Shown here: one piece after another, positions 25,510 to 34,572 of the stretch
How the letters are laid out: each line of letters opens with the position of its first letter
Numbering within the stretch: the first letter of the stretch is position 1
IMG/VR virus record: IMGVR_UViG_3300019766_000013
Location: 1-56,143 of that record
Direction: 5' to 3' (one strand)
Source of the DNA: a virus
Taxonomy: Duplodnaviria > Caudoviricetes
DNA length: 56,143 nucleotides
Program-made: the position numbers and the translations under genes
Notes under the pieces: generated by a model
Told to the model about the DNA's origin: nothing
Databases searched by the model: none
What the model saw: only the letters and a program-made list of their open reading frames with translations

Positions 25510-26037
25510 TTATTTTTTATACTTTTTGACAACTTTCCTAGTTCCTTTGATGTTCTCTTTTAACATCATACTTCTAGCATACTCATTTGCTTTATCTTCA
25601 AATGTTTTAGATACATATTGAATCATGACTGCACTTCCAATAAATACAACAGCGAACACCCACCAATATGTAAATGACAGAAGTAATGGTATTAATGATA
25701 CCGTAAACCTCATTAATAACACCTTTAACTTATGGTTATGCCTCAAATGATAGTACTCATGATGGAAGGTGAAATACAATGCTTTCTTTCTTTGTATTAT
25801 ATCTTCGAGTAAATTCTCATTCAACCAGATTGATTTGATCCATGCGAAACCGTATAGATTATTATTCTTCTGGAAAGTTCTGATATTTACTTTATACTTA
25901 GTTCTTAAGTTGGCTATCACTTTGCTAGGTGAGTTGGTTTGCATTCCTGCACGAACAAAGTCGCTGAATACTTGGAATACTAAATAATAAGCTAATAGGC
26001 CTATACATATCCATATTGATTTACTTAACTCTATCAT
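25510..26037 (-). CDS. Membrane protein with zinc-metallopeptidase motif (M48/M56-like)
   Basis: N-terminal TM, NGFA-like YGFA, HHEYYH, two TMs, then E.KANEYA. Confidence 0.6.
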   Translation of the reverse strand: MIELSKSIWICIGLLAYYLVFQVFSDFVRAGMQTNSPSKVIANLRTKYKVNIRTFQKNNNLYGFAWIKSIWLNENLLEDIIQRKKALYFTFHHEYYHLRHNHKLKVLLMRFTVSLIPLLLSFTYWWVFAVVFIGSAVMIQYVSKTFEDKANEYARSMMLKENIKGTRKVVKKYKK

Positions 26038-26039
26038 AA

Positions 26040-26705
26040 CTATTTTGTTTGTCCGGTTACACGTTTACCTATCTCCATAAACTTCTCATAATCATCCCCA
26101 CCTGCTTTTTTATACTCTCTTACAAGGTTGAATTTAATAATATGATCATCTGTAAGGTTCATAATATCTCTTAAATCTTCATCAAGGACCTGAATGTTAT
26201 TATGAGCATAAATTAAAGCATTTACTAATAAGGCTTCATTGAAGCCATCTTTAATCTGCTGAGGACAATATACTGCTTTACATTTATATCCTTTTTTTTC
26301 CTCTGGGGTTAGTTCTTTGCCCTCCATTACTTTCTGTGCTATAATGGCGAAGGTTTCCTTTCTTATGCTTTTACGTCTCAGATAAACCCACTTAATCACC
26401 TTCATCTTATGTTCCTCACTCCAATGAGTATGATCATTTAAGAACAATAATAGCCGACCTTGCTCAACATCTCTGACATACAACCAGATTAACTTCCAAT
26501 TCTTAACCATGAATCTACACACTATGAAACCTATTAATAAATAAATTGGAGTTAATGCGAAATGTTTTGGTAAATCAAACACCAAAGATATTATGAAATA
26601 CGCAAGGCCAGCTATAGCACCACATATAATATACAAATACAAAAATCTAGCTTTTGTTACTTTACGATTATTTATAATCGATTTATTTCTTTTAAATAGT
26701 CCCAT
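26040..26705 (-). CDS. Hypothetical membrane protein
   Basis: Two N-terminal hydrophobic segments. Confidence 0.65.
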   Translation of the reverse strand: MGLFKRNKSIINNRKVTKARFLYLYIICGAIAGLAYFIISLVFDLPKHFALTPIYLLIGFIVCRFMVKNWKLIWLYVRDVEQGRLLLFLNDHTHWSEEHKMKVIKWVYLRRKSIRKETFAIIAQKVMEGKELTPEEKKGYKCKAVYCPQQIKDGFNEALLVNALIYAHNNIQVLDEDLRDIMNLTDDHIIKFNLVREYKKAGGDDYEKFMEIGKRVTGQTK

Positions 26706-27025
26706 TAGTCGAATATTTTATCAATGAATACTTTAGTAAACAATCTCAATTTAAACAACCATGCATTCTTACGAATAATAGGCTTAATCTCATTACTTTT
26801 AATAAACTTATTCTTTGAGCATACCGCACTCACTTTAACCTGCCATTGCACACCATGCCCATCTACAAACATTCCTGCAGGCACTTCATACCCATGAAAA
26901 TCTTTCTTAGGAGCTTCTGGTGATGTATTATGCATATGGTTAGATAATAACTTTATTGCAGGTACTACTTTCTTTTCTACTTCCCTAGCCTGCAATCTAG
27001 TTATAGAATTTACTTTTCCTCTCAT
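26705..27025 (-). CDS. Hypothetical protein
   Basis: 106-aa ORF, stop/start overlap with the next gene. Confidence 0.65.
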   Translation of the reverse strand: MRGKVNSITRLQAREVEKKVVPAIKLLSNHMHNTSPEAPKKDFHGYEVPAGMFVDGHGVQWQVKVSAVCSKNKFIKSNEIKPIIRKNAWLFKLRLFTKVFIDKIFD

Positions 27026-27178
27026 TTACTTAATTTTACGTTCTTTACAATCTTTATTTATTAAGGCCTGTATGTAAGTTGAAAACTTTCTATCGCTTCC
27101 AAACATATCTTTTGAGGCCTTTCGTCCATTCTCATTTACCTTTTTAGGTAAAGTTATTGTTACTGTTTTACATGTCAT
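27026..27178 (-). CDS. Small ribbon-helix-helix-like regulator (50 aa; not in the ORF track)
   Basis: MTCKTVTITLPKKVNENGRKASKDMFGSDRKFSTYIQALINKDCKERKIK*; first gene after the leftward promoter, stop abuts the next ATG. Confidence 0.65.
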   Translation of the reverse strand: MTCKTVTITLPKKVNENGRKASKDMFGSDRKFSTYIQALINKDCKERKIK

Positions 27179-27194
27179 ATCTTTATTTTATTTT

Positions 27195-27278
27195 CAAATA
27201 TACGAAAATTATTCTATTTATGGAGTAAATATTTACCAAATAGTTTTGTTTTGTGCTTTTAATGTGCCATATTTGTGC
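27195..27278. promoter_or_regulatory. Divergent promoter pair with candidate operators
   Basis: Minus TATATTTG 27202-27195; plus TTTG(27245)-N19-CATATTTG(27268); palindrome GTAAATATTTAC 27225-27236; TGTGC at 27252, 27263 and 27274. Confidence 0.7.
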
Positions 27279-27306
27279 TTAGAAGTTAAACACTAAATAA
27301 CTTAAT

Positions 27307-27498
27307 ATGTATAAAACAGTAATATTATCAACACTTGCTATGATTATCGTAGCAATAATAGTTTGTATAACTGTAAACAGTTATATAACAGTTTCAGAAA
27401 GTGTAATAATCTCTGCAGTTATTTGTGGAGTTCTGCTGGAAGCAGTGTTTGCTTCTATTATGAGTAAAGAATTAAATAAACATTTTAAAAATAAATAA
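27307..27498 (+). CDS. Small two-TM membrane protein
   Basis: 63 aa, two hydrophobic segments; first gene of the rightward arm. Confidence 0.6.
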   Translation: MYKTVILSTLAMIIVAIIVCITVNSYITVSESVIISAVICGVLLEAVFASIMSKELNKHFKNK

Positions 27499-27501
27499 TC
27501 T

Positions 27502-27660
27502 ATGGCAAACGTGAGAATACCTATTACAGCAAGCGAAAAACTTCGTGATAAAGCTAAAGAAGATAGTAAGAAATATTTTGGTGGAGAACCAAATGTTTCT
27601 GCTTTAGCAAGACTACTCCTAAAGAATTATGATCCTAAAACTAGAACATCTAAAATTTAA
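27502..27660 (+). CDS. Small ribbon-helix-helix-like regulator (52 aa; not in the ORF track)
   Basis: MANVRIPITASEKLRDKAKEDSKKYFGGEPNVSALARLLLKNYDPKTRTSKI*; fills the gap with 3-nt spacing on each side. Confidence 0.65.
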   Translation: MANVRIPITASEKLRDKAKEDSKKYFGGEPNVSALARLLLKNYDPKTRTSKI

Positions 27661-27663
27661 GCT

Positions 27664-28479
27664 ATGAGTGAAGAAGTAAACATTATACAGGTTGATCCTG
27701 TTCAGCTACAAGCTGCCGAAAAAGCTATGCTAGATACTCAAGTAGTAACTGCAAAGCAATATCCTAGAGATATACAACGTTCTGTTAATGATTCAGTTTC
27801 TATAGTTACCATGAGTACGAAAGCTGCTGAAAGTTGTGGCTATGCTCTTCCAAGAGGAGGTAAAGTAATTACTGGTCCTTCTGTTCATCTGGCACGTGTT
27901 TTGGCTCAAAATTGGTCTAATATTAGAGTAGAAGCAAAAATAATTGACATTACAGCTACTCAAATAGTTTCTCAAGCTGTTTGCTTTGATCTTCAAACTA
28001 ACTATGCTGTCAAAGTAGAAGTAAGAAAATCTATCATGGGTAAGTATGGAAGATACAAAGATGATATGATAACTGTTACAGGTAATGCTGCCAATTCAAT
28101 AGCTTTCAGAAATGCAGTTTTCAATGTGATTCCTAAATCTGTTACAGAAACAGTTCATCAAGCAGCTAAAAATCATTTAACTGGTGATTTAGAAAAAGAA
28201 GAAAAGCTTATTGAAAAAAGAAATAACTCTATCAAGTTCTTTAAGGATAATTATAACGCTACCGAAGCACAGATTTTAAAATCTATTGGAGTTAATTCTA
28301 TTGATGCAATTCGTCAGGATCAGATTATTATAATGATAGGTTTAGTTCAAGCTTTTAAAGATGGTGATTCTACACCAGCTGAAGTGTTTGGAGGTAAAGC
28401 TACCACTCCTAAAAAAACAGGTACTGAAAAGAAACAAGATTTAAAAGACAATAAGTCTAATAAAGTAGATTTACCATGA
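27664..28479 (+). CDS. Putative single-strand annealing/recombination protein
   Basis: TAKQYPRD...GYALPRGGK.ITGPSV.LA...AFRNAVF.VIP; directly upstream of a RecB-like nuclease. Confidence 0.5.
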   Translation: MSEEVNIIQVDPVQLQAAEKAMLDTQVVTAKQYPRDIQRSVNDSVSIVTMSTKAAESCGYALPRGGKVITGPSVHLARVLAQNWSNIRVEAKIIDITATQIVSQAVCFDLQTNYAVKVEVRKSIMGKYGRYKDDMITVTGNAANSIAFRNAVFNVIPKSVTETVHQAAKNHLTGDLEKEEKLIEKRNNSIKFFKDNYNATEAQILKSIGVNSIDAIRQDQIIIMIGLVQAFKDGDSTPAEVFGGKATTPKKTGTEKKQDLKDNKSNKVDLP

Positions 28480-30581
28480 TAAATAAATATTCACTATTTA
28501 GCGATGATCAATTAGAGGAATTATTTTCTTCATTTTTGATAGATTCTTGGAGTTACAGTTGTACTAACACTTACTCAAGGAATGAAAAGGATTTTGAAAA
28601 ATGTTACATATATAGAGAGAGATCTAGGAAATCTGCTACTAGTGTTTCTGGAAATGGATATCATAAGGGATTAGAATTATTCTGGGATAACCTTCATAAC
28701 GGAGTTGAAACATCATTAATAGATATGGAGCAAGCATCTTTTAGTTTTATTGATGAAGTTCCTGCTAATTCTTGGAAGTTGCAAAAGACAACACCTACAA
28801 TAGAAGAGTGTAAGCTAAAATCAACTAAAGTCAGTACTCAACTATTAACCAACTTCATGACAGAGAAAGATATCTATTTAGAGGATCTTGATGAGATACT
28901 AGGAGTTGAAATGTATTGCGATGAATGGCTTACTATTAATGGAGTTGATATTCCTCTTCCTTGCCATGCAGTCCTTGACTTAGTTATTAAGTTAAAAGAT
29001 GGTAGAGTTATCATTATTGATCACAAGAGTAAAAATAAATTTACTGACGAAAAGGAAGTATCCTTAGTATTTGGAAAGCAAGCTATTACCTATATGAAAT
29101 CATTTGAATCAAAGACTGGTATCAAAGCAGATGAAGTATGGTTCATAGAAAATAAATACTCTAAAAACAGAGATAATACCCCTCAGTTAATGAAACATAT
29201 CATTGTTTTAGATTCTGACACTAGAAAGTTATACGAGGCTCTTTTATATGAACCACTTAAGAGAATGCTAGAAGCGGTACAAGATCCTGATTACGTATAC
29301 ACTATTAACGATAGTGATAACTTTGTAGACAAAGCAGAACTATACGACTTCTGGATGAAAACAATGATTGCAGAAGTAGACGACTTTGATATACCAGAAT
29401 CTAAAAAGGAAATGGTATCTAAGAGACTTAGAAAAATACGCGATGCTTCATTGGCATCCATAAATCCAAAAACCATAACAGCATTCAAAGAAAATGCTGC
29501 TTCATTTATATCATACGATTTAAGTAAAACAAACATGAAAAATACAGAAAAGATTGAACACGTTCTTAGAACATTTGGAATATTAGTACAAGTAGCACAC
29601 GAAATAAGCGGATTTAGTTCAAATACATACTTACTAGAAGTATCTGCTGGTGTTAAGATATCTAATGTAATGAAATATAAATTAGATATTGCAAACGCTT
29701 TAAATGTTTCTTCTGTACGTATTTTGAAGGATCTTATGGTATATGAAGGCAAATCATATCTTGCAATAGAAACATCTAAGAAGCGTACAGAGGATCTTAT
29801 ATTTGATCCTAAGTATCTTGATGGTGAAAATCTTCCTGTAGGTATTGACAACTTCGGAAGAGTTGTAAGATGGAATCTAAATTCTCATTCTACACCTCAC
29901 GCTCTTATATGTGGTGCTACAGGATCAGGAAAATCAGTATTGATTAAATCCACTATAGCATATGCTCAATTAGCAGGTATTGCTGATATCGTTATCATGG
30001 ATCCAAAGTTTGAGTTCTGTGATCTCAATAGTAAAGGAGTAAGGGTTTACAATGATATTAAAGACATTGAGGAGCAAATGAAACTTCTTGTTGAAGACAT
30101 GCAAGCTAGAGCTAAGAATGGTAGTAAATCTAAAACGCTTATTGTATTTGACGAGTTTGCCGATGCTGTTTCCGCTTCCCGTTCTGGAAAAGAACTTGAT
30201 ATTAAAGAACAGGTTCAAGTTGGTTTTTACGCTCCTAAAAAAGTTGCTGGTATAGAGCTTCCTGCTCAACCTAAATTTGCTATTCAAGTAACAGGAAGAC
30301 ATAAATCTCTTGAAGAAAACCTTAAGATATTACTTCAAAAAGGTCGTTCTCTTGGGTTTAGAATTATAGCTGCTACTCAAAGAGCTTCTGTTAAAGTCAT
30401 TACAGGAGATGCTAAAGTGAATTTCCCTGTTCAAATCTGTTTCCGTGTTCCTAAAGAAATCGATTCAAAGGTTGTTTTGGATGAAGCAGGTGCAGAAACA
30501 TTATCTGGTATGGGAGATGGTCTTATGCGTTCTCCTGAATATAATGATATTGTTCGTTTCCAAGGATTTTATAAAGCTTAA
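28476..30581 (+). CDS. PD-(D/E)XK nuclease fused to an FtsK/SpoIIIE ATPase
   Basis: N-terminal WSYS, G..YH..LE, LDL, IIDHKS, Q...Y; C-terminal PHALICGATGSGKS, VFDEFAD, QKGRSLG, ATQR, GAETLSG.GDGL. Confidence 0.85.
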   Translation: MINKYSLFSDDQLEELFSSFLIDSWSYSCTNTYSRNEKDFEKCYIYRERSRKSATSVSGNGYHKGLELFWDNLHNGVETSLIDMEQASFSFIDEVPANSWKLQKTTPTIEECKLKSTKVSTQLLTNFMTEKDIYLEDLDEILGVEMYCDEWLTINGVDIPLPCHAVLDLVIKLKDGRVIIIDHKSKNKFTDEKEVSLVFGKQAITYMKSFESKTGIKADEVWFIENKYSKNRDNTPQLMKHIIVLDSDTRKLYEALLYEPLKRMLEAVQDPDYVYTINDSDNFVDKAELYDFWMKTMIAEVDDFDIPESKKEMVSKRLRKIRDASLASINPKTITAFKENAASFISYDLSKTNMKNTEKIEHVLRTFGILVQVAHEISGFSSNTYLLEVSAGVKISNVMKYKLDIANALNVSSVRILKDLMVYEGKSYLAIETSKKRTEDLIFDPKYLDGENLPVGIDNFGRVVRWNLNSHSTPHALICGATGSGKSVLIKSTIAYAQLAGIADIVIMDPKFEFCDLNSKGVRVYNDIKDIEEQMKLLVEDMQARAKNGSKSKTLIVFDEFADAVSASRSGKELDIKEQVQVGFYAPKKVAGIELPAQPKFAIQVTGRHKSLEENLKILLQKGRSLGFRIIAATQRASVKVITGDAKVNFPVQICFRVPKEIDSKVVLDEAGAETLSGMGDGLMRSPEYNDIVRFQGFYKA

Positions 30582-30582
30582 T

Positions 30583-30765
30583 ATGTACCTACTGTCAAAC
30601 AAAGATAAAGAGGAGATAATTACTCTCCTCTCAATTCTACAAGAACGAGATAAGTTTATTCCTGAGGATCTTAAAAATACGAAGGAAAAGAATTTTACTC
30701 GTAGGGCAGCTCTATTGAAAAGAAAACTAAAATCTAAGAAAAATTTAACATTAAAAAAGGAATAA
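30583..30765 (+). CDS. Small basic hypothetical protein
   Basis: MYLLSNKDKEEII...; ATG 2 nt after the previous stop. Confidence 0.55.
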   Translation: MYLLSNKDKEEIITLLSILQERDKFIPEDLKNTKEKNFTRRAALLKRKLKSKKNLTLKKE

Positions 30766-30772
30766 AATACAA

Positions 30773-31357
30773 ATGAAAAAGGAACAATTTTTAAAAGTTG
30801 CAAACATTACAGAGAGAGAATTTTCAGGAATGGATGAAATAAAAGGCTCTCCTTACCTAAGCAGTCTAACAAGCATACCTGAGGGATTCAATAAAATAGA
30901 TCATGAATATCAAAACATCTCTCCTATTACGCATTTTTCTTGGCAAGATGGCAAGTATATAAGGGCTGATGATATGTTTACAGAGGTATTGCACATTAAG
31001 GGAAATATCAGAAAAGTAAGGCAATTAAATAGAACAAAGGAATTTTATCTAATTACTGATGGAAAAGGTAATTACGCTCACGGAGATACAATTAAAGATG
31101 CTCAACAAGATTTATTATTCAAGACCAATAACAGAAGCAAGGAAGATTATAAAAATTTAACTTTAGATAGCAAATTAGATTTCGCTGATGCGGTTATTTG
31201 TTACAGAGTAATCACTGTAGCATGTTTATTTGGCACAAAAGATTTCTTAGAAAACAGGCTAGAACACAAGCAAGAAAAATATTCTATCAAAGAAATAATA
31301 AAATTGACTAACAGCGAATATGGTGGAAATTTTTTTAAAAGTTTTTTCGATAAATAA
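30773..31357 (+). CDS. Hypothetical protein with a single LRR-like unit
   Basis: GSPYLSSLTSIPEGFN, then YAHGDTIKDA..DL.FK and YRVIT.AC.FGT. Confidence 0.7.
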   Translation: MKKEQFLKVANITEREFSGMDEIKGSPYLSSLTSIPEGFNKIDHEYQNISPITHFSWQDGKYIRADDMFTEVLHIKGNIRKVRQLNRTKEFYLITDGKGNYAHGDTIKDAQQDLLFKTNNRSKEDYKNLTLDSKLDFADAVICYRVITVACLFGTKDFLENRLEHKQEKYSIKEIIKLTNSEYGGNFFKSFFDK

Positions 31358-31368
31358 TTAATCTACAA

Positions 31369-31421
31369 AGCAAGTGGAATGTATTTTTAACCAATTTATT
31401 AGATATTATATTCCTCTTGCT
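31369..31421. other. Long imperfect intergenic inverted repeat
   Basis: AGCAAGTGGAATGTA ... TATATTCCTCTTGCT. Confidence 0.5.
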
Positions 31422-31457
31422 ATTACAATATAATGCAGTTACTTAAAAATTTTAATA

Positions 31458-31709
31458 ATGTGTAGTAAAACAATATTTAACGGCGAAATGGAATTGAAAT
31501 TAACTCTCAGTGAGTTTTTCGATGAACAACAAGCAATGGAAGCTTTAGTATGGGGTTTGTTAGAAGTAAAAAAACAAGCAGAAGAAAGATGCAAAGAAGA
31601 TCAACATAGTTTGGTTGCAATGTCTGCTTATGGAATTTTAAAAAAGATAAAAGCTCTATATCCTAATGAATACAAAATAGTTCTAGAAGAATATAACGAA
31701 ATATATTAA
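31458..31709 (+). CDS. Hypothetical protein
   Basis: 83-aa ORF. Confidence 0.6.
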   Translation: MCSKTIFNGEMELKLTLSEFFDEQQAMEALVWGLLEVKKQAEERCKEDQHSLVAMSAYGILKKIKALYPNEYKIVLEEYNEIY

Positions 31710-31720
31710 AATCTAATACT

Positions 31721-32095
31721 ATGAATTATCAAGTTACAGGAAAACTTATCGTTAAAGATGATGTACAAGCAATCTCTGATAGATTTAAGAAGAGAGAGTT
31801 TGTTATCGAAGTAGAGAATGAAAGAAATTCTGATTGGAATGACTTTGTAAAAGTTCAATTAACTCAAGATCGCTGTGATTTAATTGAACCAATTGATCTA
31901 AACGAAACTATTACAGTTTCATTCAATCTAAGAGGTCGTAAATGGGAGAATAACGGACAAACTTCTTACTTTACAAACCTAGAAGGATGGAGAGTTGAGA
32001 AAGCTACTCAAACAGAAAATGAAATCCCTCCTGCTACCGAATATGATATGCAGGATATACCTTCTGCTTCAGAAGCTGATGATCTTCCATTTTAG
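31721..32095 (+). CDS. DUF3127-family ssDNA-binding-like protein
   Basis: FKKREFVIE...VSFNLRGRKW...YFTNLEGWR; acidic tail DDLPF. Confidence 0.88.
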   Translation: MNYQVTGKLIVKDDVQAISDRFKKREFVIEVENERNSDWNDFVKVQLTQDRCDLIEPIDLNETITVSFNLRGRKWENNGQTSYFTNLEGWRVEKATQTENEIPPATEYDMQDIPSASEADDLPF

Positions 32096-32129
32096 ATAAA
32101 TAGTTAGAAATAAAATAAAATATTAATTT

Positions 32130-32351
32130 ATGCAATACAAAGGTAAATTATACGGTAGAGTCGGTCTTAATAAATATTTCGACACAGGTAAAACATCAGA
32201 TGATTACGATATATTAGAAAAGAGTAACGCTGAATTGTTATAAGCATTACAAACTGTAATGGGAGATACTGAAAGAAGTCCCGACAGGTTTACTAAACAA
32301 GAAAAAATAAAAATTGCTAGAAAGGCAATAGATAATAACACTAAAAAATAA
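32130..32351 (+). pseudogene. Small gene interrupted by an in-frame TAA (32241-32243)
   Basis: MQYKGKLYGRVGLNKYFDTGKTSDDYDILEKSNAELL*ALQTV...ARKAIDNNTKK*; the frame continues to 3 nt before the next ATG. Confidence 0.6.
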
Positions 32352-32354
32352 GTT

Positions 32355-32837
32355 ATGAATACACATAATTGGTTTGAAGGCAAAGTAAAGTACGTTAAAA
32401 CGTGCGACGATGGTAAAGAGAAGAAAGTCTCTGAGACTTATTTAGTAGATGCTATTTCTTATACAGAGGCAGAAGCAAGGATATTCTCAGAGATGGAACA
32501 CATTATTTCTGGACCATTCATTTTATCTTCTCTTAAGAAGTCTAATATAGTTGAAATTGTTGCATCTGGAGATGAGAATGATGATAGATGGTATAAAGGT
32601 AAGGTTGCAATTCTTGATGCAGATGAGTTAACTGGGAAAGAAAAACGTACTAATCAGTATGCTCTTGTAGCTGCTAAAGATATTCAAGTTGCTCTAGCTA
32701 ACCTAGAAGAAAGTATGAGTACTTATATTATTCCTTATGAGATATCTTCTATCTCTGATACTAATATCTTTGATGTGTATCCTTACTTTGAAAACGAAGA
32801 AGAACAAACTGAAAAAGAAAGGGAAGATTGTGAGTAA
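32355..32837 (+). CDS. DUF4494-family protein
   Basis: WFEGKVKY.K...G.EKKVSETYLVDAISYTEAEAR; DRWYK.KV. Confidence 0.85.
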   Translation: MNTHNWFEGKVKYVKTCDDGKEKKVSETYLVDAISYTEAEARIFSEMEHIISGPFILSSLKKSNIVEIVASGDENDDRWYKGKVAILDADELTGKEKRTNQYALVAAKDIQVALANLEESMSTYIIPYEISSISDTNIFDVYPYFENEEEQTEKEREDCE

Positions 32838-33243
32838 GAAGAGAGCAATTAGTAGAAAAACTGCCCAACGTAAACTTGATGATATATTCTCTAAGTTTAT
32901 TCGGTTAAGAGATGCAGATAAAAACGGTATATGCCGTTGCATCTCTTGCGGTAAGCCTATATATTGGAAAGAGCTTGATAACGGACACTACGTCAATAGA
33001 AAGCATATGAGTACCAGATTCAACGAAAAGAACTGTAATGCACAATGTATTAAGTGCAACAGGTTCGATGAAGGTAATATGCTTGGGTACACTAAAGGAC
33101 TCATTAAAAAGTACGGAGAAGGTGTTCTGGACGAATTAGAGGTTTTAAAATATCAAACTTCTAAGATGTCTGTCTTTGAAATGGAAGTACTTATTGATGA
33201 ATACAATAAGCAAGTTAAAGAATTAATGGAAACTAAAGGTTAA
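32830..33243 (+). CDS. NinG/Rap-like recombination endonuclease
   Basis: FSKFIRLRD...CISCG...DNGHY.NR...TRFNEKNCNAQC.KCN; GTG start at 32830 preferred over 32737. Confidence 0.85.
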   Translation: MSKKRAISRKTAQRKLDDIFSKFIRLRDADKNGICRCISCGKPIYWKELDNGHYVNRKHMSTRFNEKNCNAQCIKCNRFDEGNMLGYTKGLIKKYGEGVLDELEVLKYQTSKMSVFEMEVLIDEYNKQVKELMETKG

Positions 33244-33248
33244 ACACT

Positions 33249-33770
33249 ATGTTTTTCAAAATCGAAAATAAGGAAAGTCAATTATATAAAGATGTAATGG
33301 ATTTTATTAATAAAAGAAGAACTATTAAGATTTCAAATATGAATAAAGCTGAAAGATTAATAGAAGAATTAACAGGATTAAATTGTACTCAATTTGATTT
33401 ACTTGTGTCAAGCAATGGATTTAGATTAATTCCTTGGCCTAGTGGTATTCAATTAAAAAATAATACTCCTATACCTGAAGGATTTATTATGAGTAAACAA
33501 CGAGGATTTGTATGTCCTAATGGAAGATCTAAAATTGGAAAACAACTTAATAAACTCTTTGATTCTCTTCCTAATCTCAACTATTCCTTAATTCTTGAGG
33601 TTCTTAAAATTAAAAATAAACATCTTAGAAGCTTTACTATTCCGTACTTGGAAGAATTTAATGCAGTCATTATCGCGCGAGTAGATTCACAATTAAAACC
33701 TAAAGCAACAGATGACTTCATAGAAATAACAGAAACAGAGTTTTTAAGGATTGCTGATTCTGAAAAATAA
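33249..33770 (+). CDS. Hypothetical protein
   Basis: 173-aa ORF, operon packing. Confidence 0.7.
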   Translation: MFFKIENKESQLYKDVMDFINKRRTIKISNMNKAERLIEELTGLNCTQFDLLVSSNGFRLIPWPSGIQLKNNTPIPEGFIMSKQRGFVCPNGRSKIGKQLNKLFDSLPNLNYSLILEVLKIKNKHLRSFTIPYLEEFNAVIIARVDSQLKPKATDDFIEITETEFLRIADSEK

Positions 33771-33792
33771 CTGACTCCATCAAATAACCATC

Positions 33793-33831
33793 AAATAAGG
33801 AAACTTAATGATAGCGTTGGTTTCCTTATTT
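33793..33831 (+). terminator. Terminator-like hairpin
   Basis: AAATAAGGAAAC-N15-GTTTCCTTATTT followed by Ts. Confidence 0.6.
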
Positions 33832-33868
33832 TTCACTTAATTATTAACACTTTTCATCAAATAAGAAT

Positions 33869-34039
33869 ATGACAAAGAAACAATTTAATAACACTAATTT
33901 CGCTTGCGGAATGGTGTTCAGATATAAAAAGAGAATATATCGTATAGCTTCTTGTGATTTCTTTACAAGAAAGATAGGATTAGATGTAAGAAAAGGTATT
34001 AAATGGGTTGCATGTCAAGATGTAATATTAATTAAATAG
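33869..34039 (+). CDS. Small hypothetical protein (56 aa; not in the ORF track)
   Basis: MTKKQFNNTNFACGMVFRYKKRIYRIASCDF...KWVACQDVILIK*; stop 2 nt before the next ATG. Confidence 0.6.
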   Translation: MTKKQFNNTNFACGMVFRYKKRIYRIASCDFFTRKIGLDVRKGIKWVACQDVILIK

Positions 34040-34041
34040 CC

Positions 34042-34572
34042 ATGAATATGTCTGTCTTAACGCATTCCGATGTAATTAACTATGCTTCTAAATGGGTGAA
34101 AAGAAAATTTCCGTTAGTCTTTAAAGAATGGGCTTGGAGTGGTCAGGAACAACCTGATATATTTGCTGTTAATTACAGTAATTCATGCATTGTGGAAGCT
34201 AAAGTTTCCAGATCTGATTATCGTGCTGATTTCAAAAAACCCTTTAGAAAGGATATAAGTCTAGGTATGGGAGATTTTCGTTTTTATGCTTGTCCTGAAG
34301 GACTAATAACTTTAGATGATTTCACAGAGCAAATGAAGTCTAATTGGGGATTATTATATATAAACGAAAAAGGTAAGGTAAAATGTATTCATAATCCTTT
34401 TTGTGAGCATCCTGATGGCAACATTTGGCATAATCAAAATATAAAATGCAAAAAAGCTGAATATGGTATCATGTACTCAATTATGAGAAAGTTCACTGAA
34501 ATAAATAAACAACAAGAATCAATAATAAATAAATTACACGATTTAGAACAACAAGAAATAATTACATCATGA
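34042..34572 (+). CDS. PD-(D/E)XK-like (MmcB-related) nuclease-fold protein
   Basis: EQPD...VEAKVSRSDYRAD.KK...GMGDFRFYACP...WGLL. Confidence 0.7.
   Translation: MNMSVLTHSDVINYASKWVKRKFPLVFKEWAWSGQEQPDIFAVNYSNSCIVEAKVSRSDYRADFKKPFRKDISLGMGDFRFYACPEGLITLDDFTEQMKSNWGLLYINEKGKVKCIHNPFCEHPDGNIWHNQNIKCKKAEYGIMYSIMRKFTEINKQQESIINKLHDLEQQEIITS

Noticed and set aside
29291-29851. 186-aa minus-strand ORF (and similar shadows such as 22375..22752, 35856..36299, 36730..37161)
   Set aside because: Antisense to well-supported genes, with the Ser/Ile/Phe-rich composition typical of shadow frames.
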